This document shows positions 58,001 through 64,000 of a stretch of DNA of 64,000 nt, in pieces. The notes under the pieces are model-generated. The model ran no database searches and was not told the DNA's origin. It worked only from the letters and a program-made list of their open reading frames with translations. Positions within the stretch are counted from its first letter, which is position 1, and every line of letters begins with the position of its first letter. This DNA comes from a virus, in IMG/VR virus record IMGVR_UViG_3300005683_000016, positions 78,039 to 142,038 of that record; one strand, 5' to 3'. The translations under genes and the position numbers were made by a program.

Positions 58001-58216
58001 TTAAACGGTTGTCCAAGTTGCTGACCGATAAATCTGTACTTCAGTAGCATTGGTGTTAAAAATCATAAGTCCTTCTACAGGAGTTAAAGCATCTCTTTCT
58101 GCTTCCGTATAGAAAGGTAAAATAGTTTTAGTAGTAATTTGTCTTTTTAGTTGATCTATTTGACGCTGTAGATCTCCTAAAATAGAATCCAGATTAATAA
58201 TCGTACTTGTATTCAT
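58001..58216 (-). CDS. Small tail-fibre-like module protein
   Basis: T.AERDAL...EGLMIFNT....QIY...TW motif typical of Bacteroidota fibre proteins. Confidence 0.55.
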   Translation of the reverse strand: MNTSTIINLDSILGDLQRQIDQLKRQITTKTILPFYTEAERDALTPVEGLMIFNTNATEVQIYRSATWTTV

Positions 58217-58284
58217 GTCTAAATATACTAAGAATTAAGAATAGATTTTGTAAATAATTTTAATTATTATAATAATTAAGATGA

Positions 58285-61200
58285 TTATCTTTTAATGTTA
58301 CTAATCACTGATCTGATTTTTTGTTCTGGATCTTCATTAATAAGAATGTCGTCAAACTGAGTAATCTTAAGTAAGTGTCTAAAAAACTTGGTGTCTCCCT
58401 TTTCAATATCAAACTGTGGCATATTTCTCTGGTAATAAGCATCGGGAGAACCCGTCACCAAGTCATACAAAGAGTTAGTGAGTTTCCAAGTATTGTCAAT
58501 AATTGAAAGCCCGATAGTAGGACTTTCTAACCACTTAACACCCTCAGTTAGGACAGGAGGAACAAAAGATTCCTCAAGATTAAAGAACGGCATTGCAGAT
58601 AAAGCCTCAGTTTCATTCTTTGCTTGAATTATCATTAAGATAGCGTAGTTTTCAGCGAAAGAGTTCTTTTTGAGTTTTTTAAACTTGTCAGGATCATCTG
58701 CTTCAAACCCAAACACTAAGGAAAGGATTGCAAGAGTAGCCATCATTACACCTATTTCTTTAACTGCTGTGATATACTCTCTTTGTTCTCGTGGAGTCAT
58801 AGCATGCCAGTTTGCTCTACCTGTAGTTAAGATGTCTCTAAGAAGATTAAGAGAGGACTTAAAGAAAACGTTCCAGTATCCTTCAAAGTCTTCACCCATC
58901 ATATAGTTAGCCCTCTTCTTGTCGAATCTTCTTCTAAGCATTGGAATAAGCCAGTTCTTAAAGTAAAGAACTGCTTGACCTATCGTAGTTGTAGACAAAA
59001 AAGTTTTGTTAGAGACTCTACCTTGAACATACTCTACTACTGTTTTGTAAGCAAGACGAGTGTCCATCATGTAATCCATGTCAATAGTTCTACCTGTTTT
59101 TACATCCTTCCATCCGGGTTCTACTCTCATCACTTCATCAGAGGTGATAATGTCGTATAAAGATTTTTGTTCTCCCTTGTCATTCTTTACTTGGACGTGA
59201 TAAAGTCTTGCATACATCAAATTAACACTGATACTAAATTCCATCATTTCGTTAAAAGCCATTATCCCCTTAGTGGAGAGGTTTTTAAGAGTGGCTCCTT
59301 TTGAGAGGTTGTTGAAAATATTCGAGTCCAAAGAAGGATCTAACCAAGTGATAATATGGTAGTCCTTGTCTCTTTTCTCTAAAGGTTTTTCTGCTTGACT
59401 TAAGTAATGAGCATAACTCGTATTAAAATTAAGCGATGCTTTAGTCATTGCTTTGTTTGAAGACCAATCTCCAAACTGAGCACCTATCATATTTTGAAGC
59501 CTACCTTGAAGGTTGTTTTTAACTACGTTGGGAATGTTGAAACCAAGAGAACCTATTGTGTTTATTTTACGAATCGTCCTTAAGGTGTTTTCAGCGAATT
59601 TACCTACTTCTTCTTGTTGGTTGATTCCGTAGATAATGTTCTCTTTACCAAATCTTAAAGCGTTTAACCTGTTCTTGGTCTTAGAGTTGGTTACCATAGA
59701 ATTCTCAATCAAAGAAATAATAGGTAACGATTTCATTAGTTTATCTGCGGTTTTAGTTGATGCAGAAAATCTGATTACACTCATTAAAACATCTTTGGAA
59801 ACTACCTCTGGTTCGTGATATTTGGTAAAAGGAACCGCTACTCGTAATGCTCTTTCAGTATCAGTTTTGGATTCTTCTTCTTGTTCTTGATTTCTCCACC
59901 ATGCCAAGAATTTATCCTTTATTCCTTTGAATCCCGGCATTTTAGATGCTTGTTCATCGTAGTTACCAGCACCTTCTTCGAACCTGTTAGAGGAGTCAAA
60001 GAAATCCTTTTTTAGACTTTTAAGGTATCCTTCTTCGTAAACTTGCTTTTTGATGTAAGGAAGGACGTATCCTATATTTCCTTCTGCTATGGTAGTAGAG
60101 GCTTGAGTATTTAAATGATAATCAGTAACTTGCTTAAGAATACGAGAAGCGGCTACATCCTTGGGGTTACTTGAGTTAAGAAGTCTTTTATATTCAGGGT
60201 TTTGAAACTCTTCAGACTTTGGATTCCACTTATTTAAACGTTCGTTAAAAGTAAGGGGTATTTTTTCTGTGTGCCACTTTTCTCTAACGGTTTGATTAGA
60301 ATATTTATGTGAAGGACTTAAAAGAATGTACTCACTGTTAACAGGTTCAATCTTATGCCAGATATAAGTAGGTGTCCATCTTTTAAACTCTCCTTCGGGA
60401 GTAAATTTTGTCTTTAAAAAGTGATTATCGTAAAACCACTTAGTAAATTTATGATCAGGATTCTCTCTTAGGGTTTTGTGAAAGTCAGGTCTTGTGATGA
60501 AGTCTGTTATTTTAAGTCCTTGTACCCACATATAACTTGCTGAGTCGTTATGTAATTCAGCAAAACCTGTGCGAGTAATCATCTCATTGAAAGCGTCCTT
60601 ATAAGAATCAGTTACATCCTTGGATTGAATTTCATCCAACTTGGATACTAAGTCTCTGATTTGTTTTTTTACTTCCTTTAATTCGGCATTTTTAATTTCT
60701 TTAGATTCTTCACGAGTTAATCTTTTAATTTCTTCTATTTCTTCGTCTATCTCTTTAACTAATTTTTGAATCTCTGGAGTAGATTGAATTCCATCAAAGA
60801 CATTATCCTCATCTCTAAGATGAGAAGTAAGATCAAACATTTGTTCCCAAAGATCACCTAACTTACTCTTGTTATCTACTCCAGTAATTTCAATTACTCG
60901 ATCAGTTAAGGTTTGGATTTGGTCACTTATTTCTTTTCGTTGGTTGTACCAGTCTTGGTGGAATTTAGTTACCGTATTATTATCTAACCATTCTATTACG
61001 TCTATTAGATTTTTCTCCTTTGCGTACTTATAGAGGTTTACAAAATTGTCCTTACCCTCAATCAATTTAAGTTCGAGAGTATCTTTAATTTCTGGACTAA
61101 GAAGCAAAGTAGTTAGAAAGACTTGGAACTCTACCCTAAACTTGGATACATCAGGTCTATACTCGTAGAATTCTCTGTCAATCTCAGCCTTCCTCTGAAG

Positions 61201-64000
61201 GAATAGAGCCTTTTCTAAATCCTTACCTACCTTAGGATCACCATTAGAATAGGTAGGTCTTTTTATTTCTTTAAGTTCGTTTCTTAAAGCAAGAATCTTC
61301 CGATTGGTTTCCCTTAGGGAAAGTCCTTCTTCCATCCTTGCGTTGTCGGAAAGTTCTCTTATTTTATCGTAGATAGAAGATTGTTCCTCCCTAATTTCTT
61401 CAAAGAGTTCTTTATTCTCTTCAAGTAGAGCGTCGTACTTAGTATAGAATTCGGGTTTATATTCTCTGTGCCAATTGATAGTTAACCACTTATCAAAGTC
61501 ATCTCGAATCTTAATATATTCTTCGTGGGCTTTTTTCACTTCTTCATCTGAAGAAGAGTTGTTGTTCTTAATTTCTAACCACTTTTCTTTTGCTTGTCTA
61601 ACTTCATATTGTTTTTCATCTCTCTTCCACTCGTTCATATAAGGATGAAGTAAAGTCCATGCTTTCTTTGGAACCATTTTACCATTCTCATATTCAAGAG
61701 TGTCATCCAAATAAAGGATTTTGTCTTGCCATTCCTTAGAAGTTAATCCGCTTTTAGATTCTTCATCAGAAATAAACTGACCCAATCTTTGAGCAGGAGC
61801 AATCTCTTCCACACTAACTGTAGCCTTAATCTTTTCCAAGTGTACAAACAAAGTACCTATCAAAGGATCAGAGGAGTTGTGCAAAACTTTGACCCAAATT
61901 GTCAAGGGGGAAATGTCTTCAGTTTCACCGTTAAGGATTTTTACTATATCTTCAGCAGATACAAAATGTCCTTCCTTATCTTTTATTTTCTCAAGTTTAT
62001 CAATAGATTTTTGAATTTCTACTTTTGCTGCTTCTGGTGCTTTTGCTAATCTTTCTTTGAGTTCATCTATTTCGAACTGTTTGTGAACATTATAAGAATC
62101 TAAATAAGGAGCAAGTTTAGACGCTATTACCTTAACGCTTAAGTCCCTACTCTTGAGTTTAGTGGATTCTATTTGAGCAAGAAGTTCTCCCAATAAAGAG
62201 TTAAGAATGTCTGTATTAGGTACATTCTTAGTGACTTCTCTAAGGTCATCTATATAAGATTTCCATTTGTTACCCATCTTGGTAACTAATGCAAGTTCTT
62301 GAATAGCAATGTCTATATCTTTTTGCTCACCTGAGGCTAACCTATTTTTTATGTCTTCGTAATCAGCGTTATTTCTACGTCTGAAAAATTCAGTCATTGC
62401 TTCAAGTGTCCCAACAAAATGAGTTAAGAGTTCTTCATACTTTTCAATCTTGTCTAAAAGTTGTTTTCCTTGAGCAGCCTTGGTAGTGGGTAATAATAAA
62501 TCTCCCTCATCCCTAAACAGGGATGAAAATTCTTCTTCTATGAGTTGTTTACCCAATCTTTGTTCTAAGCGAGTAATATCTTTGGACTCACTCGTAATAA
62601 TTGAGAAGGCTCTACCAATACTCTTGGTTAGGGTAGGTTGATCTGCTCCTTTTAAAGTTTTTAAGAGTGTTTGAATATTGCTTCTTTGGGCTTCTATTCT
62701 GTCTTTTCTTTTAACCCTATCTAAGAAAGGTTTGTAAGGTTGTTTTATTTTACTCTTGTTATAAAGTTTAAATTTAAAGTCTTTACCTGCATAAGGAGGT
62801 TCGTTGTCAATAAAGAGAGAGTCTTTGTTATTTTCAATAAGACTTTCTACAGGATTCGTCATTGCGGTTCCCATAGGATTTCCCTGCTCGTCAAAAATCT
62901 CTACTTCTCGATTTACGAAATTGATCTCAACTCCGGGAAACAAAAGACTCAACTTCTCGATAAGATTAGGGTGAGAAGGTAACGAGGTATAAAATTCAAG
63001 ATTCTCAATTACCTGTGCTTTGTCCTTAAGTTCAAGACCTAACTGAGTAAACTCTACTTTTTCGTAAAATTCACCGAGAGCATCCATATCAAATCCCATC
63101 AAAACCTTAGACTTTTCTCCTTTATTTTTCCAAGGATAAGAAGCACTTTTAAACACAGTGTCGCTAAGATTTATAAAAACCTTAGGATAATACTTGGTGT
63201 CTATATTTCCTACTGTGGTGAGAATAGTAGCCTCCTTTACAAAGTCACCTAAAGAGTACATGTCTTCGAGCATCATAGACCTCTCTCTGTAAAGTTCACT
63301 GGTGTCAAGATTAGTTATCTTTTCTGCGGACTTTATAAAAGCACCTATTGAAGTAGTCTGACCTTTAACCCATCTAAAGAAGTCTTTGATCCAACGAACC
63401 ACATTTTCTACTAAGGAATCAGAACCTGTCCAATATTTAAACAACTCCTTATCAGTAAGATAAAGACTTACGAGTTTAGCCATTGCTTCTCTTTTGAGTC
63501 TGTCTACATCATTACCATAAATCTTACGATAGTCTGCTACTACTTTTTTATATAATCGAGTACGGGTAACTTCATCCCTCATAGTTTTTTTAAGAGGGTT
63601 GTCATCTTTCATCAACTCAATTAGAAAGTGTGAAACCTCTTCAGCCAAGGCTCCTTCTTTACCTTTCTGAAGTTGGATTACAAAGTCTTTAATTTGAGCA
63701 AGCCCATTAACTCCCTTACGTTCAAGCAGGTCATCCAAGACTTCTACCTTAAAGTCAGGATTTAACTTGGTTACAAATTGTTCTAACTTTGAATATAAAG
63801 ATTCATCCTTTACTACTTGGGAAGGTGATAACGCTATAAATATGTCTGTTGTAAAATTATCATGTACGTTTTTTACGATAACTCCGTCATTACCATTTTC
63901 TATGGCTCTGTCTACAAGATTTTTAAAACCTTCTTTCTCTCTGGAGTACCCATCCTTAGTATCTACTATAAGTGGATTATTTAAAGTAATAATATATTGA
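58285..64000 (-). CDS. Giant polyvalent virion/ejection protein, 5'-truncated (ART-PolyVal-like and zincin-like domains, long helical C-terminus)
   Basis: Frame stays open from 63999 through 63738, adding ...TLNNPLIVD...AIENGNDGVIVKNVHD...FIALSPSQV; then LAEEVSHF...REAMAK. Confidence 0.75.
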   Translation of the reverse strand, partial: QYIITLNNPLIVDTKDGYSREKEGFKNLVDRAIENGNDGVIVKNVHDNFTTDIFIALSPSQVVKDESLYSKLEQFVTKLNPDFKVEVLDDLLERKGVNGLAQIKDFVIQLQKGKEGALAEEVSHFLIELMKDDNPLKKTMRDEVTRTRLYKKVVADYRKIYGNDVDRLKREAMAKLVSLYLTDKELFKYWTGSDSLVENVVRWIKDFFRWVKGQTTSIGAFIKSAEKITNLDTSELYRERSMMLEDMYSLGDFVKEATILTTVGNIDTKYYPKVFINLSDTVFKSASYPWKNKGEKSKVLMGFDMDALGEFYEKVEFTQLGLELKDKAQVIENLEFYTSLPSHPNLIEKLSLLFPGVEINFVNREVEIFDEQGNPMGTAMTNPVESLIENNKDSLFIDNEPPYAGKDFKFKLYNKSKIKQPYKPFLDRVKRKDRIEAQRSNIQTLLKTLKGADQPTLTKSIGRAFSIITSESKDITRLEQRLGKQLIEEEFSSLFRDEGDLLLPTTKAAQGKQLLDKIEKYEELLTHFVGTLEAMTEFFRRRNNADYEDIKNRLASGEQKDIDIAIQELALVTKMGNKWKSYIDDLREVTKNVPNTDILNSLLGELLAQIESTKLKSRDLSVKVIASKLAPYLDSYNVHKQFEIDELKERLAKAPEAAKVEIQKSIDKLEKIKDKEGHFVSAEDIVKILNGETEDISPLTIWVKVLHNSSDPLIGTLFVHLEKIKATVSVEEIAPAQRLGQFISDEESKSGLTSKEWQDKILYLDDTLEYENGKMVPKKAWTLLHPYMNEWKRDEKQYEVRQAKEKWLEIKNNNSSSDEEVKKAHEEYIKIRDDFDKWLTINWHREYKPEFYTKYDALLEENKELFEEIREEQSSIYDKIRELSDNARMEEGLSLRETNRKILALRNELKEIKRPTYSNGDPKVGKDLEKALFLQRKAEIDREFYEYRPDVSKFRVEFQVFLTTLLLSPEIKDTLELKLIEGKDNFVNLYKYAKEKNLIDVIEWLDNNTVTKFHQDWYNQRKEISDQIQTLTDRVIEITGVDNKSKLGDLWEQMFDLTSHLRDEDNVFDGIQSTPEIQKLVKEIDEEIEEIKRLTREESKEIKNAELKEVKKQIRDLVSKLDEIQSKDVTDSYKDAFNEMITRTGFAELHNDSASYMWVQGLKITDFITRPDFHKTLRENPDHKFTKWFYDNHFLKTKFTPEGEFKRWTPTYIWHKIEPVNSEYILLSPSHKYSNQTVREKWHTEKIPLTFNERLNKWNPKSEEFQNPEYKRLLNSSNPKDVAASRILKQVTDYHLNTQASTTIAEGNIGYVLPYIKKQVYEEGYLKSLKKDFFDSSNRFEEGAGNYDEQASKMPGFKGIKDKFLAWWRNQEQEEESKTDTERALRVAVPFTKYHEPEVVSKDVLMSVIRFSASTKTADKLMKSLPIISLIENSMVTNSKTKNRLNALRFGKENIIYGINQQEEVGKFAENTLRTIRKINTIGSLGFNIPNVVKNNLQGRLQNMIGAQFGDWSSNKAMTKASLNFNTSYAHYLSQAEKPLEKRDKDYHIITWLDPSLDSNIFNNLSKGATLKNLSTKGIMAFNEMMEFSISVNLMYARLYHVQVKNDKGEQKSLYDIITSDEVMRVEPGWKDVKTGRTIDMDYMMDTRLAYKTVVEYVQGRVSNKTFLSTTTIGQAVLYFKNWLIPMLRRRFDKKRANYMMGEDFEGYWNVFFKSSLNLLRDILTTGRANWHAMTPREQREYITAVKEIGVMMATLAILSLVFGFEADDPDKFKKLKKNSFAENYAILMIIQAKNETEALSAMPFFNLEESFVPPVLTEGVKWLESPTIGLSIIDNTWKLTNSLYDLVTGSPDAYYQRNMPQFDIEKGDTKFFRHLLKITQFDDILINEDPEQKIRSVISNIKR

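Noticed and set aside
1-64000. Stop-codon reassignment as in some crAss-like phages
   Set aside because: Conserved genes are intact under the standard code and TAG, TGA and TAA all end genes; no canonical suppressor tRNA is seen.
1-64000. Retron, DGR or protein-coding group II intron
   Set aside because: No reverse transcriptase motifs in any ORF.

Overview
AT-rich segment of a lytic Bacteroidota phage genome with a crAss-like layout (Crassvirales-like, inferred from gene content). It uses the standard genetic code, has A-rich start contexts without obvious Shine-Dalgarno sites, and carries TAnnTTTG host-type promoters. The + strand (1-56.9 kb) holds, in order: a ~1.5 kb non-coding block of tandem paralogous structured RNAs; a tRNA-Leu and an aberrant tRNA-like gene; membrane-anchored muralytic enzymes; a glycosyltransferase/methyltransferase/CapD glycan cluster; the replication module (PolB, SF2 helicase split by a group I intron, DnaB-like helicase, Sak4-like ATPase, putative SSB, primase, PD-(D/E)XK nuclease); rIIA/rIIB; NinB/NinG; and nucleotide metabolism and repair genes (MazG-like, dATP/dGTP diphosphohydrolase, dCMP deaminase, SPL-like radical SAM, ThyX). 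Four homing endonucleases are scattered through this arm. The - strand (56.9-64 kb) holds small membrane and virion-type genes and a >1900 aa polyvalent protein that runs off the window edge. Best novelty candidate: the array of large covarying ncRNAs at ~122-1640. Next best are a phage-borne EAD11-like domain, an arm-shuffled tRNA-like RNA and a P9-less group I intron inside a DEAD motif. All protein calls come from motif recognition by eye, with no database search.
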